From: Candidatus Staskawiczbacteria bacterium
Lineage (GTDB): Bacteria > Patescibacteriota > Minisyncoccia > Minisyncoccales > Staskawiczbacteraceae
Assembly: GCA_041659225.1 (NCBI GenBank)
Contig: JBAZYR010000007.1
Coordinates: forward strand, 1 to 59,812
Direction: 5' to 3'
Length of the DNA: 59,812 nt
Notes under the pieces: generated by a model
Database searches by the model: none
What the model was told of the DNA's origin: nothing
The model's input: only the letters and a program-made list of their open reading frames with translations
Shown: in pieces, positions 15,915-25,318 of the stretch
Layout of the letters: every line of letters starts with the position of its first letter
How positions within the stretch are numbered: position 1 is the first letter of the stretch
Position numbers and translations under genes: made by a program

Positions 15915-16625
15915 CTACTCGGATATTTTTTTTAAAATCTCTTTGTAAACATCGGGAACTAATTGTTCGCCGTTAACTCTCTTTACCTTCAGCCCGTCTT
16001 GTTCGAAATATTCAACTAAAGGAAAAGTTCTTTCTTTGTATTGCTCGATCCTAACTTTTATAGTTTCGGGATCGTCCAGCCCTACTCTCTTCATTAGTTT
16101 CGAGCCGTCCAATGGACAGACAGTCAATTTTTCTGTCTCTGGAGTGAATAGAATAGGATGGCGCATTAATTCGCAAATTCTACGGTTGGAGTTTCTATAA
16201 ATTGTTTGTTCCGGGCTCAATTCAATTAAAACTATTTTAATATTCTCTCCCCCATAAAGCTCTTTTAGTAGTGGCATGACTTCCCTGCCTTCAACAAGAG
16301 TGCGTGGAGAACCAGCTAGTAACAAGTCCTTGCCTTCGTCAGCAAGCTTTTTTATCTTTTCTTTTACCAGATAGGCAACAAAAGGAGGGCTACATAGCAG
16401 TCCTTCGGTCCATATCTTTTTCTCGTTTAAAATATCGTACTTTTCACCGTTAACCTCAACAAACCTTTCTGGTGAATCTTCCGGAAGTCCGGCTGATTCT
16501 TCAAACTTATTCTCCAAAACTTTGCTCGTTTCAAAATAAAAAAGGTTCAGCTTATCTGACAATAATTCACCTTGCGTTCCTTTTCCTGCTCCTGGAGGTC
16601 CTAAAAGAATAACAACTTGTTTCAT
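15915..16625 (-). CDS. adk: Adenylate kinase
   Basis: LLGPPGAGKGTQGELL P-loop, in the secY-adk-map context. Confidence 0.9.
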   Translation of the reverse strand: MKQVVILLGPPGAGKGTQGELLSDKLNLFYFETSKVLENKFEESAGLPEDSPERFVEVNGEKYDILNEKKIWTEGLLCSPPFVAYLVKEKIKKLADEGKDLLLAGSPRTLVEGREVMPLLKELYGGENIKIVLIELSPEQTIYRNSNRRICELMRHPILFTPETEKLTVCPLDGSKLMKRVGLDDPETIKVRIEQYKERTFPLVEYFEQDGLKVKRVNGEQLVPDVYKEILKKISE

Positions 16626-16629
16626 ATGA

Positions 16630-17907
16630 TTAAAATGTATCGTATTCGCGCATCTCTAGCTGAGAATTAATTTGCCTCATTGTATCTAGAACTACGCTAA
16701 CCACAATTAATAAACTTGTACCACCGACCAAAAATGCAAAACTTTGCACCCCAGTTGTTCCGGCTATAATAGACGGTAAAACAGCGATTAATCCTAAAAA
16801 TATAGCACCAGTGAATAGGACTCGGTTCAAAATGACATTCAAAAATGCAGCAGTTGACTCGCCAGGCCGAACGCCAGGAATAAATCCTCCCATCTTTTGA
16901 AGATTACTTGAAATGTTTTTAGGATCAAAGGTTACCATTGTATAAAAATACGTGAACAGTATAACCAGCAAAAAGTAGAAAATCCCGTTAACCCAGACAT
17001 TGGCAAAAAAATTACCGACGCTCTGAGCTATGGCGCCCACTGAACCCCCGGCTGTACCTAGGAAGTTCGCTATCATTCCGGGAAACATCAAAACAGAAAT
17101 AGCAAAGATGATAGGGATAACTCCTGCCGGGTTTACGTTCATGGGCAAATATGTTGAAGATCCGCCATAAATCTTGTTCCCCCTTACCCTCTTGGCATAA
17201 GATATTGGAATATTACGCCGCGCTTCAGTAATCAAAACTACGCCCCCGATTATGATCAAAGCTGAAACGAGGAATAAAAGATAAGACGGAATTTTAGAAG
17301 GATTCCACGTCACCAAGGTTTCATAAATCGACATTGGCAGGCTGGCGATAATACCGGCGAAAATTAAAAGGGAAATTCCATTCCCAAGTCCTTTTTCAGA
17401 TATTAATTCTCCTAACCACATTAAAAATGTAGCTCCGGCTGCAATAGTTAAAAGCGCGCTGATCATAACAAATGGCGAAAGGTCGCCAATTAGGTTCTGC
17501 CTTTGAAAAATCGTTATCATCCCATAACCTTCGAACAAAGCCAGCGGAATACCGAGCAGCCTGCCATATTGATTAAATTTCTGCCTTCCCTGCTCCCCTT
17601 CTTCTTTATACAGCTTTTCAAGGGCCGGAAAAATCATAGTTAAAAGCTGCAAAATAATTGTGGCGGTGATATATGGGCCAAGACCCAACATAACAAGCGA
17701 AAAATTACTTAAAGCTCCGCCGGTAAAGACGTTCAAAAGACCGAAGACCTGATTTGTATCAAAGAATTGGCGCAAGTTTTCAATACCTACTCCCGGAATC
17801 GGAATATTAGCGGCTAATCTGAAAACAACAAAAACTCCTAGTATAAAAAGGACTTTGTTACGAAGTTCCTTGTTTTTAAAAAGAAAAGCTAATTTTTGAT
17901 ACCACAT
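16630..17907 (-). CDS. secY: Preprotein translocase subunit SecY
   Basis: 10-TM protein with ANIPIPGV, GALSNFSLVMLGLGPYITATIILQLL and GISLLIFAGI. Confidence 0.95.
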   Translation of the reverse strand: MWYQKLAFLFKNKELRNKVLFILGVFVVFRLAANIPIPGVGIENLRQFFDTNQVFGLLNVFTGGALSNFSLVMLGLGPYITATIILQLLTMIFPALEKLYKEEGEQGRQKFNQYGRLLGIPLALFEGYGMITIFQRQNLIGDLSPFVMISALLTIAAGATFLMWLGELISEKGLGNGISLLIFAGIIASLPMSIYETLVTWNPSKIPSYLLFLVSALIIIGGVVLITEARRNIPISYAKRVRGNKIYGGSSTYLPMNVNPAGVIPIIFAISVLMFPGMIANFLGTAGGSVGAIAQSVGNFFANVWVNGIFYFLLVILFTYFYTMVTFDPKNISSNLQKMGGFIPGVRPGESTAAFLNVILNRVLFTGAIFLGLIAVLPSIIAGTTGVQSFAFLVGGTSLLIVVSVVLDTMRQINSQLEMREYDTF

Positions 17908-17925
17908 ACCAAATTATTGAGCTGT

Positions 17926-18393
17926 TTATTTTTTCTTACCGGTTTTGGCCGGGGCTTCAAACGGTTTTACCTTACCGCCTGCTTTCTCAATCTTTATCTG
18001 CGCTCCTTTTGAAACTTTACAGCCTTCGATTGTTAAAGTTTTCTTCAGTTCACCTCGGCTCAAAATTTTAACCGTAGGCGCCTTTCCTTCTATATTACTA
18101 ATAATTCCCTTTTCTAACAAACTTTTGACATTAACTATCTCTCCAGCTTCAAATCTTCTCTCGAGAACATCAACATTTACAGCAACTAAATTACTTGGGA
18201 GGCCGCCATATCTGTAGCCTCTTAATTTAGGGTACCTCTTAATGATCTCACGGATCATGGGCATCATCTTTCTTCCTGCCCGAGATGACTGACCCTTTAC
18301 CCCACGGCCAGAATAAGTACCCCGCCTTCCTCCGCGGCCTATTCTCTGGCCCTTTCTTGATTTATGAGTTTGTTTTAATTCGTTTAACTGCAT
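17926..18393 (-). CDS. rplO: 50S ribosomal protein L15
   Basis: LNELKQTHKSRKGQRIGRGGRRGTYSGRGVKGQ. Confidence 0.95.
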   Translation of the reverse strand: MQLNELKQTHKSRKGQRIGRGGRRGTYSGRGVKGQSSRAGRKMMPMIREIIKRYPKLRGYRYGGLPSNLVAVNVDVLERRFEAGEIVNVKSLLEKGIISNIEGKAPTVKILSRGELKKTLTIEGCKVSKGAQIKIEKAGGKVKPFEAPAKTGKKK

Positions 18394-18399
18394 ATTCGT

Positions 18400-18879
18400 T
18401 TATTTTTTAATCTGTTGAAGCGCCATAACAGTGGCTTTGGCATTATTAAGCTTATTCTTTGTCCTCGAAAGCATTTTTGAGGATATATCCTTAATCCCGG
18501 CTAAATCACAAATCGTCCTCACTACTCCGCCTGCTACCAAACCCCTTCCCTTCATTTGAGGCTTTAGAAGAATTACAGCAGGACCGTATTTAGCCTGTAC
18601 TTCGTGCGCTATTGTATTGTCCTTTAGTACGATTGTAATTAAATTCTTCTTCGCCCGTCTTGTAGCCTTCTCGACAGCTTGTGAAACATCCTTTCCTTTA
18701 TCTAGTCCTAATCCAATGCGACCCTTTCTATCGCCTACGGCAACAACAGCACGGAAACGTAAACGTTTTCCTCCTCCGGTTACCCTGGTAACTCTGGCTA
18801 AATCTAAAAGTTTTGAATCAAATTCGTCTTTTGGCGCAGAATCTCTTCTCCCTCTTCTTTTGTCGTTTGGATTAAACAT
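18400..18879 (-). CDS. rpsE: 30S ribosomal protein S5
   Basis: RVTRVTGGGKRLRFRAVVAVGDRKGRIGLGLDKGKDV ... GRGLVAGG. Confidence 0.95.
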   Translation of the reverse strand: MFNPNDKRRGRRDSAPKDEFDSKLLDLARVTRVTGGGKRLRFRAVVAVGDRKGRIGLGLDKGKDVSQAVEKATRRAKKNLITIVLKDNTIAHEVQAKYGPAVILLKPQMKGRGLVAGGVVRTICDLAGIKDISSKMLSRTKNKLNNAKATVMALQQIKK

Positions 18880-18890
18880 ATATTTATATT

Positions 18891-19253
18891 TTAAAATTTA
18901 AGTCCGCCCTCTCTTGCGCCTTCAGCCACTGCTTTTATTCTACCACAGAAGACAAACCCTCCACGGTCGAAAACCGCCTCTTCTATTTTTAATTTCTTAG
19001 CTTCTTCTGCAATCAATACGCCGACTTGATGGGCAACAGCTACTTTTCTATTTTTATCCTTCGGGACCTTTGACACTTTAGAATCGTTCACAGCGATTAA
19101 TGTTTTGCTGTTTTCGTCGTCAATTAACTGAGCATATATATGGTTAGAAGATTTAAACACGCAAAGACGAGGGCGCTTCTTGGTGCCTGATATCTTTGCC
19201 CGGATTCTCGTGTGGCGTCGCTCTCTTTTTTGATATTTATTTACTAAACTCAT
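18891..19253 (-). CDS. rplR: 50S ribosomal protein L18
   Basis: RPRLCVFKSSNHIYAQLIDD ... FDRGGFVFCGRIKAVAEGAREGGLKF. Confidence 0.95.
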   Translation of the reverse strand: MSLVNKYQKRERRHTRIRAKISGTKKRPRLCVFKSSNHIYAQLIDDENSKTLIAVNDSKVSKVPKDKNRKVAVAHQVGVLIAEEAKKLKIEEAVFDRGGFVFCGRIKAVAEGAREGGLKF

Positions 19254-19264
19254 TTTTTTATATT

Positions 19265-19819
19265 TTATTTCTTAGCCGATACGACTTTCTTACCTTCCTT
19301 TCTCCTTATCTTCTCACCGGCATATTTAATCCCTTTGCCCTTGTATGGTTCGGCTTTCTTTGCTGCCCTTATTATAGCTGCAATCTGTCCGACTTGCGCC
19401 TTATCAAAGCCTGAAACCGTCATAACGTTTTTTTCAACAGTAAACTTTACTCCTTCCGGACACTTTATCTTTACGGGGAGGGTAAAACCAACGTTTAAAG
19501 TAAGATCCTTTCCGTCCAACGCTACCCTGTAACCGACTCCCTCAAGCTCCAATTTCTTTTCAAATCCTTTTGTCACGCCCGTTATCATATTGGATATTAA
19601 AGAACGGTACAGACCCCATAAAGCACGGCTCTTGGTGGGTAAATAGTCTTTCTTTACCGGAGTAACTAAAATCTGTCCATCCTTTATTTCAAGACTTATT
19701 TGCCTGTCAATGCGTTGTGCCAAATTCCCCAAAGGTCCTGAAACCTTTATTTCTCCGTCCACTATATCAATTTTGACATTCTCTGGCACTATAATTGGTT
19801 TTTTACCTATTCTTGACAT
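19265..19819 (-). CDS. rplF: 50S ribosomal protein L6
   Basis: MSRIGKKPIIVPENVKI ... GVGYRV ... EPYKGKGIKY. Confidence 0.95.
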   Translation of the reverse strand: MSRIGKKPIIVPENVKIDIVDGEIKVSGPLGNLAQRIDRQISLEIKDGQILVTPVKKDYLPTKSRALWGLYRSLISNMITGVTKGFEKKLELEGVGYRVALDGKDLTLNVGFTLPVKIKCPEGVKFTVEKNVMTVSGFDKAQVGQIAAIIRAAKKAEPYKGKGIKYAGEKIRRKEGKKVVSAKK

Positions 19820-19837
19820 AATATTTGAATATTTATT

Positions 19838-20227
19838 TTACCATACTTCGCAGAGAACTTCTCCGCCCAACTTTACCTTCCAAGCCTGCTTATTGGTCAT
19901 CAATCCTTTCGAAGTGGATATAATAGTGATTCCTTTTCCGCCCTTAACCGGCTTTATATCCGATACTTTTATGTAAATCCTTTGCCCGGGCTTGGATATT
20001 CTGTTCAATCCAGTAATCGCAGGTATATTCTCTTTATACTTTAAAGTAATCTTTAATGTATTGTCGTCTTTCTTAGTTGATTTCTTGGCGCTGTTGATAA
20101 ATCCTTCCTCAACTAAAATCTGGCTAATCTCCTCTTTTAGCTGCGAAAACAAAACAGATACCTCCGGCTTTGCAACAGCCTGAGCATTCCTTATTTGATT
20201 TAACATATCGGTTATGGGATCTGTCAT
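19838..20227 (-). CDS. rpsH: 30S ribosomal protein S8
   Basis: TDPITDMLNQIRNA ... ISKPGQRIY ... TSKGLMT ... GGEVLCEVW. Confidence 0.95.
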   Translation of the reverse strand: MTDPITDMLNQIRNAQAVAKPEVSVLFSQLKEEISQILVEEGFINSAKKSTKKDDNTLKITLKYKENIPAITGLNRISKPGQRIYIKVSDIKPVKGGKGITIISTSKGLMTNKQAWKVKLGGEVLCEVW

Positions 20228-20245
20228 CTTTTTAAATTATTTGAA

Positions 20246-20431
20246 TTACCAACTACTTTTTTTAATACCTGGAATCTGACCTTTATTGGCTAATTCGCGG
20301 AAACAAATCCTGCAAAGGCCGAATCTTCTCATAAATCCCCTTCTTCTTCCGCATCGGAAACAACGTCGCATGATTCTCACGCTGAACTTCGGTTTCTTTT
20401 TTGATTTTGCCATTTGGCCGGTTGTAGTCAT
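20246..20431 (-). CDS. rpsN: 30S ribosomal protein S14, type Z (zinc-binding, 61 aa)
   Basis: [49 protein letters not shown]. Confidence 0.95.
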   Translation of the reverse strand: MTTTGQMAKSKKKPKFSVRIMRRCFRCGRRRGFMRRFGLCRICFRELANKGQIPGIKKSSW

Positions 20432-20442
20432 TGTTTTATATT

Positions 20443-20997
20443 TTATTTCTTAAACGGAAATCCTAATGCTTTGAATAAATTTAATCCTTCTTCTGCTGTT
20501 TTAACATTAGTTACTATCGTAACTTCAAAGCCAAAAATCGTTCTTTCTTTTTCTGTAATAACCTCGGGAAAGGCAATGTGTTCCTTAAAACCTATATTCA
20601 AATTACCGGCTTTATCAATCGATTTGGAATCAATTCCTTTAAAATCTCTTAAACGGGGCAAAGTTAAAGAAACAAGCTTGTCCAGAAAGTCATACATCTT
20701 ATCCTTCCTCAAAGTTACCATTGAAGCAATTTCAATTCCGCTTCTCAATTTAAATCCGGCAACTGATTTCTTTGACTTTACCAATTTAGGCTTCTGGCCA
20801 GAAATCGCCATTAAATCCTGGATAACATTCTTGGCGGTCTTTTCTCTCTCTTGGCCTGTTTTGTTCACAACATCTTTACCAAAGCAGGAATTCAAAACAA
20901 CCTTCTTGATCCGAGGTACAGCCATTGCATTCTTGTAGCCAAACTTCTCCATCATCATCGGCACTACTTCTTTTTGATATTTATCTTTTAAATTCAT
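20443..20997 (-). CDS. rplE: 50S ribosomal protein L5
   Basis: [34 protein letters not shown] ... [15 protein letters not shown]. Confidence 0.95.
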   Translation of the reverse strand: MNLKDKYQKEVVPMMMEKFGYKNAMAVPRIKKVVLNSCFGKDVVNKTGQEREKTAKNVIQDLMAISGQKPKLVKSKKSVAGFKLRSGIEIASMVTLRKDKMYDFLDKLVSLTLPRLRDFKGIDSKSIDKAGNLNIGFKEHIAFPEVITEKERTIFGFEVTIVTNVKTAEEGLNLFKALGFPFKK

Positions 20998-21010
20998 TTT
21001 ATTGGTATAT

Positions 21011-21316
21011 TTAGTTTTCTTGGCCGCATTTCTTGCAAATACGGTATTTCTTATCTCCTTCCTTCTTATATCCGGTTCTTGAAGCTTTTCCGCATTTTGA
21101 ACAAATCAATTTCACATTTGAAACATTCAAGGGCACTGGAACTTTGATTGTCTGGCCTTTTTCTCCTGATCTTTTCGGTCGGATGTGCTTGGTCCTTTGG
21201 TTAAGCCCCTCGACTACAACAGTTCCGGCGGCGTTAAAAACATTCAAAATTTTTCCGGTTTTATTACGGTCTTTGCCTGAAATTATTAATACTGTGTCGC
21301 CTTTCTTGATTTTCAT
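21011..21316 (-). CDS. rplX: 50S ribosomal protein L24 with C-terminal CxxC...CxxC zinc-ribbon-like segment
   Basis: KOW motif MKIKKGDTVLIISGKDRNKTGKI; C-terminus CSKCGKASRTGYKKEGDKKYRICKKCG. Confidence 0.95.
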   Translation of the reverse strand: MKIKKGDTVLIISGKDRNKTGKILNVFNAAGTVVVEGLNQRTKHIRPKRSGEKGQTIKVPVPLNVSNVKLICSKCGKASRTGYKKEGDKKYRICKKCGQEN

Positions 21317-21326
21317 ATTTTTGTGT

Positions 21327-21695
21327 TTATACTAACTCCGTTGCCAGGGTGGCTACTTCGTCAAAACCTTTTTCTTTAATTTCTTTAGCCATGGGGCCCG
21401 ATACTCTTCCGCCTCTTGGTTTCTTCTCAGCGTCTACAACCACCCCGGCGTTATCGTCAAAACGGATGTAGGAACCGTCGGCTCTTTTAATCTCCTTTCT
21501 TTGGCGGATAATAAGGACCTTTACAATTTCGTGTTTCTTAATCAATTTCCTTGGCTCGGCTTTCTTGACTGTGCCAACCACAATATCGCCTATTTGCGCA
21601 TAGTGTTTTCTGGTTCCTCCTGGGATATTGATACATTGGACAATCTTCGCTCCAGTATTATCGGCAATTTTTATCATTGTTCTTGGTTGGATCAT
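21327..21695 (-). CDS. rplN: 50S ribosomal protein L14
   Basis: MIQPRTMIKIADNTGAK ... RFDDNAGVV. Confidence 0.95.
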   Translation of the reverse strand: MIQPRTMIKIADNTGAKIVQCINIPGGTRKHYAQIGDIVVGTVKKAEPRKLIKKHEIVKVLIIRQRKEIKRADGSYIRFDDNAGVVVDAEKKPRGGRVSGPMAKEIKEKGFDEVATLATELV

Positions 21696-21706
21696 ATTTT
21701 ACAATA

Positions 21707-21943
21707 TTATTTTTGTATCTTTTCAATAACTTTCCAGTTCTTATCCTTACTAATCGGGCTGCATTCTTGAATCACTACTTTATCTCCCATCTTGTATTCG
21801 CCCTTTTCGTCATGAGCTTTGTATTTCTTGTGGACCTTAAATCTCCTCTTGTACTTAGGATGTATCTTAATCCTTTCAACCTGGACCACCACGGTCTTTT
21901 GCATTTTATCTGAAACAATTATACCTATAAATTTCTTGGCCAT
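21707..21943 (-). CDS. rpsQ: 30S ribosomal protein S17
   Basis: GIIVSDKMQKTVVVQVERIKIHPKYKRRFKVHKKYKAHD. Confidence 0.95.
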   Translation of the reverse strand: MAKKFIGIIVSDKMQKTVVVQVERIKIHPKYKRRFKVHKKYKAHDEKGEYKMGDKVVIQECSPISKDKNWKVIEKIQK

Positions 21944-21944
21944 T

Positions 21945-22127
21945 TTATTTTTGTTTCATTATTGTTAATATCCTCGCAATATCTTTTTTCGTATTCTTAA
22001 TCGCTTTCACATCTTTCAGTTTGTTAGCGGCAACTTTGAAAAGCAAATCTCCCAAGTGTTCCTTCTTGTCGTGCAAGTTCTTCTTGAGTTCGTCAATATT
22101 CATTTTTTGAAGTTCTTGGGCTTTCAT
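21945..22127 (-). CDS. rpmC: 50S ribosomal protein L29
   Basis: 60-aa helical protein, ELQKMNIDELKKNLHDKKEHL, between rplP and rpsQ. Confidence 0.9.
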   Translation of the reverse strand: MKAQELQKMNIDELKKNLHDKKEHLGDLLFKVAANKLKDVKAIKNTKKDIARILTIMKQK

Positions 22128-22128
22128 A

Positions 22129-22539
22129 TTATTTCTTAATAAATTTAGTCCTAATCGGTAGTTTGTTTCCGGCTATGCGAAATGCCTCCTTAGCCATGTC
22201 CTCTTTTATCCCATCCAATTCAAAAATTATTCTGCCTGGCTTAACCGCGAACACATAATGGTCAACTGCTCCTTTACCACCCCCCAATGGTACTTCGCTT
22301 CCTTTAGAGGTTACGGGTTTATCCGGAAAAATACGGATCCACATCTTTCCTCCTTTCTTAAGATAACGGATAATAACCCGGCGGGCTGATTCAATCTGTC
22401 TGGCTGAAACCCATTTAGTATCCAATGACTTCATGCCGAAAACGCCGAAGTTAAGCTCTGTTGCGCGGGTTTCCACTCCTTTGGAGGTTCCCTTGTGCCA
22501 TTTCCTGTGCTTTACTTTTTTGGGCATTAATATTGACAT
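22129..22539 (-). CDS. rplP: 50S ribosomal protein L16
   Basis: MPKKVKHRKWHKG ... ARQIESARRVIIRYLKKGGKMWIRIFPDKPVT. Confidence 0.95.
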   Translation of the reverse strand: MSILMPKKVKHRKWHKGTSKGVETRATELNFGVFGMKSLDTKWVSARQIESARRVIIRYLKKGGKMWIRIFPDKPVTSKGSEVPLGGGKGAVDHYVFAVKPGRIIFELDGIKEDMAKEAFRIAGNKLPIRTKFIKK

Positions 22540-22543
22540 ATTT

Positions 22544-23191
22544 TTATTCGAATTTTTCTCCTTTATATATCCAAACTTTTATTCCCACTACGCCGTAGGT
22601 GCAGTACGCCCTTGCGTCGGCGTAATCAATATCTGCTCTTATTGTCTGGCGCGGTAACCGGCCTAATCTTAACCATTCTCTTCTAGCTATCTCAACACCG
22701 TTTAACCTTCCTGAAACTTCGACTCTTACTCCCTTGGCTTCTTTATTCTCCATAACTCTTTCAATAGTCCTTTTCAAAACTTGTCGAAACGGAATTCGTT
22801 TCTCGATTTGCTGGGCCATTTGCTGCCCGACCAAAGCGGCAGACATCCATGGATTCTTAATCTCCCTAATTTCTATTTTAATTTCTCTTTTATCGTTTTT
22901 CTGCGCACCCATCATTTTCCTTATGGTTCCTTTCAATTTTTCTACGTCCTCGCCTCCGCGGCCGATAACAATGCCGGGACGGGCGGTGAATATGATAACG
23001 TTCATTTTATTCATTGAATGCTCTATTTCAACATCAGCAACTGACGCTTCAGCTAATTTCTTTATCAAAAACTCTCTTATTTTAAAATCATCCTCAAACT
23101 TTTTAGCGATTTTCTTGCCGTAAAATCCGCGGATTATCCAATCTTCCGAGCCTTTTATTCTAAATGATTTTGGGTGAACTTTATGTGCCAT
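22544..23191 (-). CDS. rpsC: 30S ribosomal protein S3
   Basis: MAHKVHPKSFRI ... ARPGIVIGRGGEDVEKL ... GRLNGVEIARREW. Confidence 0.95.
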   Translation of the reverse strand: MAHKVHPKSFRIKGSEDWIIRGFYGKKIAKKFEDDFKIREFLIKKLAEASVADVEIEHSMNKMNVIIFTARPGIVIGRGGEDVEKLKGTIRKMMGAQKNDKREIKIEIREIKNPWMSAALVGQQMAQQIEKRIPFRQVLKRTIERVMENKEAKGVRVEVSGRLNGVEIARREWLRLGRLPRQTIRADIDYADARAYCTYGVVGIKVWIYKGEKFE

Positions 23192-23201
23192 ATTTTTTTA
23201 T

Positions 23202-23741
23202 TTATATCGCCTTTCTTCTGAATATTCTATTCATTGTATCGCGGCCTTTTGAATTTCTTGAATCTCTTTTTTCAAATCTTGGCTTTGCTGCATTCCTCGC
23301 TGTTATCTCAGAAGTGGAATCCTTTTCGGTTGTTTCAACGGCTTCTACTGTTTCGGCGGTTTTCTTCTGCTCTTTCTTTATCTTTGCTATCTTGCTCTTG
23401 GCTGTCGGTTTTATCTCTCCTAAAGTTAAGGTAATATGCGATCCTCTTTTCCACAAAGGATGTCCGCTTCCCCTTGAAACCGGCTCCCATCGTTTTAATT
23501 TCGGGCCTTCATTAACGAAAATCTCGGAGATGTATAGATTATCAGAATCTAATTTATAGTCGTTCTTGGCCGCTGCCACTCCGCTTCTTAAAAGCTTAAG
23601 TATGCACTTTCCCGGCTTGTTAGCTAAAACATCAAGCATGGCATCAGCTTGTTCGGCCTTCTTTCCACGCACCAAATTTGCAGCTTGTCTGACTTTTCTT
23701 GGCGCGATTCGTAAATAATTTAATTTAACTGTAACTTCCAT
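23202..23741 (-). CDS. rplV: 50S ribosomal protein L22 with ~65-aa C-terminal extension
   Basis: LRIAPRKVRQAANLVRGKKAEQA ... VNEGPKLKRWEPVSRGSGHPLWKRGSHITL. I prefer the ATG at 23741, since the track start at 23768 overlaps rpsS. Confidence 0.9.
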   Translation of the reverse strand: MEVTVKLNYLRIAPRKVRQAANLVRGKKAEQADAMLDVLANKPGKCILKLLRSGVAAAKNDYKLDSDNLYISEIFVNEGPKLKRWEPVSRGSGHPLWKRGSHITLTLGEIKPTAKSKIAKIKKEQKKTAETVEAVETTEKDSTSEITARNAAKPRFEKRDSRNSKGRDTMNRIFRRKAI

Positions 23742-23745
23742 AAAA

Positions 23746-24081
23746 TTATTTCTTCTTAGTGGTATCAACTGCAGTTACTTTTTCTGTCTCCTTTACAGCT
23801 GCTTTCTGCTCAATATCTCTTTGCATCTTTCCACCATGTCTTTGGAATTTAGTAGAAGGAGCAAATTCTCCCAACTTGTGGCCAACCATGTCTTCAGCAA
23901 TATATACTGGGACGTGTTCTTTTCCATTGTGCACCCCAAAGGTAAACCCAACCATCTCAGGCGTGATACTGCAGGCTCTGGACCAGGTTTTGATGATTAT
24001 GTTCTCATCTTTTCTGACCTTAGCCATCTTTTCCAATAATCTTGGGTCGACATATGGACCTTTTCTTGAACTTCTTGACAT
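23746..24081 (-). CDS. rpsS: 30S ribosomal protein S19 (short C-terminal extension)
   Basis: [12 protein letters not shown] ... [30 protein letters not shown]. Confidence 0.95.
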   Translation of the reverse strand: MSRSSRKGPYVDPRLLEKMAKVRKDENIIIKTWSRACSITPEMVGFTFGVHNGKEHVPVYIAEDMVGHKLGEFAPSTKFQRHGGKMQRDIEQKAAVKETEKVTAVDTTKKK

Positions 24082-24086
24082 AGTTT

Positions 24087-24917
24087 TTATTTATTCTTTA
24101 TTCTTCTTTGAATAATATATTTATTGGATAAATTCTTTCTCTTCCTGGTCTTTACTCCTAAGGCTATCTTTCCTCTATAGGTTTTAGGATGTTTCAAACC
24201 AATTGGTTGGCGTCCTTCACCTCCACCATGTGGATGGTCTACCGGGTTCATGGCTGATCCTCTTACTCCCGGTCGTATTCCCATTCTGCGGGCCCTTCCG
24301 GCTTTTCCAATATTCATAAACCTGTGCTCGGAATTAGAAACTGTTCCGATTGAAGCGAAACATTCGTTTTTTACTTTCCTAATTTCAGTCGAAGGCATTT
24401 TAAGCTGAGTGTAATTTCCTTCCTGGGCTAAAATCTGAGCTGCTGTACCTGCTCCTTTTACCATCACCCCGCCTCTGCCCGGCTCCATTTCAATATTATA
24501 CACCATTGTTCCTACAGATAAGTTCTTCAGCATTGTTCTGTTTCCCAATTTTGATAATGGCTTTTCTGAACAAATTACTTCGTCGCCGACATTTAATCCT
24601 TGGGGAGCTAAAATGTATGCTTTCTTATTATCAGGGTACTGAATTAAAGCAATAAAAGCTGTCCGATTTGGATCATATTCTAAAGCAATAGTTTTGGCAG
24701 CTACATCTAAATTAGCTTGTCCGAATTCAACAATTCTATACATTTTTTTTACGCCACCGCCCTGATGGCGAGTGGTAATTCTTCCGTTCCACGCTCTGCC
24801 AGCCCTATTCTTCAACGGCCTCAAGAGAGCCTTTTCCGGCTCCTTCTTGGTAAGCATGGACTGGTCTGTCCTTGTCATCCCTCTTCGGCCTGCTGATGTT
24901 GGGTTATAGAATTTCAT
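24087..24917 (-). CDS. rplB: 50S ribosomal protein L2
   Basis: [17 protein letters not shown] ... [16 protein letters not shown]. Confidence 0.95.
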   Translation of the reverse strand: MKFYNPTSAGRRGMTRTDQSMLTKKEPEKALLRPLKNRAGRAWNGRITTRHQGGGVKKMYRIVEFGQANLDVAAKTIALEYDPNRTAFIALIQYPDNKKAYILAPQGLNVGDEVICSEKPLSKLGNRTMLKNLSVGTMVYNIEMEPGRGGVMVKGAGTAAQILAQEGNYTQLKMPSTEIRKVKNECFASIGTVSNSEHRFMNIGKAGRARRMGIRPGVRGSAMNPVDHPHGGGEGRQPIGLKHPKTYRGKIALGVKTRKRKNLSNKYIIQRRIKNK

Positions 24918-24919
24918 AA

Positions 24920-25318
24920 TTACATTATCTCAATTGTTTGTCCCTCCTGTATTTTAACTATTGCCTTTCTGTATCCGCTTTTAAGTCCCATGACTCCGCC
25001 TAATCTTCGTTTTTTAGGAGAAATCGTAATCATATTAACGGATAAAACTTTGACTCCGTAAATCTTTTCAATGGCTTTCTTTGTTTGCTGTTTATTTACT
25101 CCAGGGAAAACTTTAAAAGTATACTGGTTTATCTTACCTAAATTCGTTGATTTTTCGGAAATATGCGGAACTTTAACAACGCCGTAAATTATCCCAGCCT
25201 TTTTCTGAGTTGCCACTTCCTTCGTAGGAGCTGCCTTCGCTTCCTTTATCTCTGATTTTACCGCAACAGCCTTTTTTTTCGGCTCCTTCTTTTTTTTAAA
25301 AATATTAAAGCTTGCCAT
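24920..25318 (-). CDS. rplW: 50S ribosomal protein L23 with ~35-aa Lys/Ala-rich N-terminal extension
   Basis: PHISEKSTNLGKINQYTFKVFPGVNKQQTKKAIEKIYGVKV. Confidence 0.9.
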   Translation of the reverse strand: MASFNIFKKKKEPKKKAVAVKSEIKEAKAAPTKEVATQKKAGIIYGVVKVPHISEKSTNLGKINQYTFKVFPGVNKQQTKKAIEKIYGVKVLSVNMITISPKKRRLGGVMGLKSGYRKAIVKIQEGQTIEIM

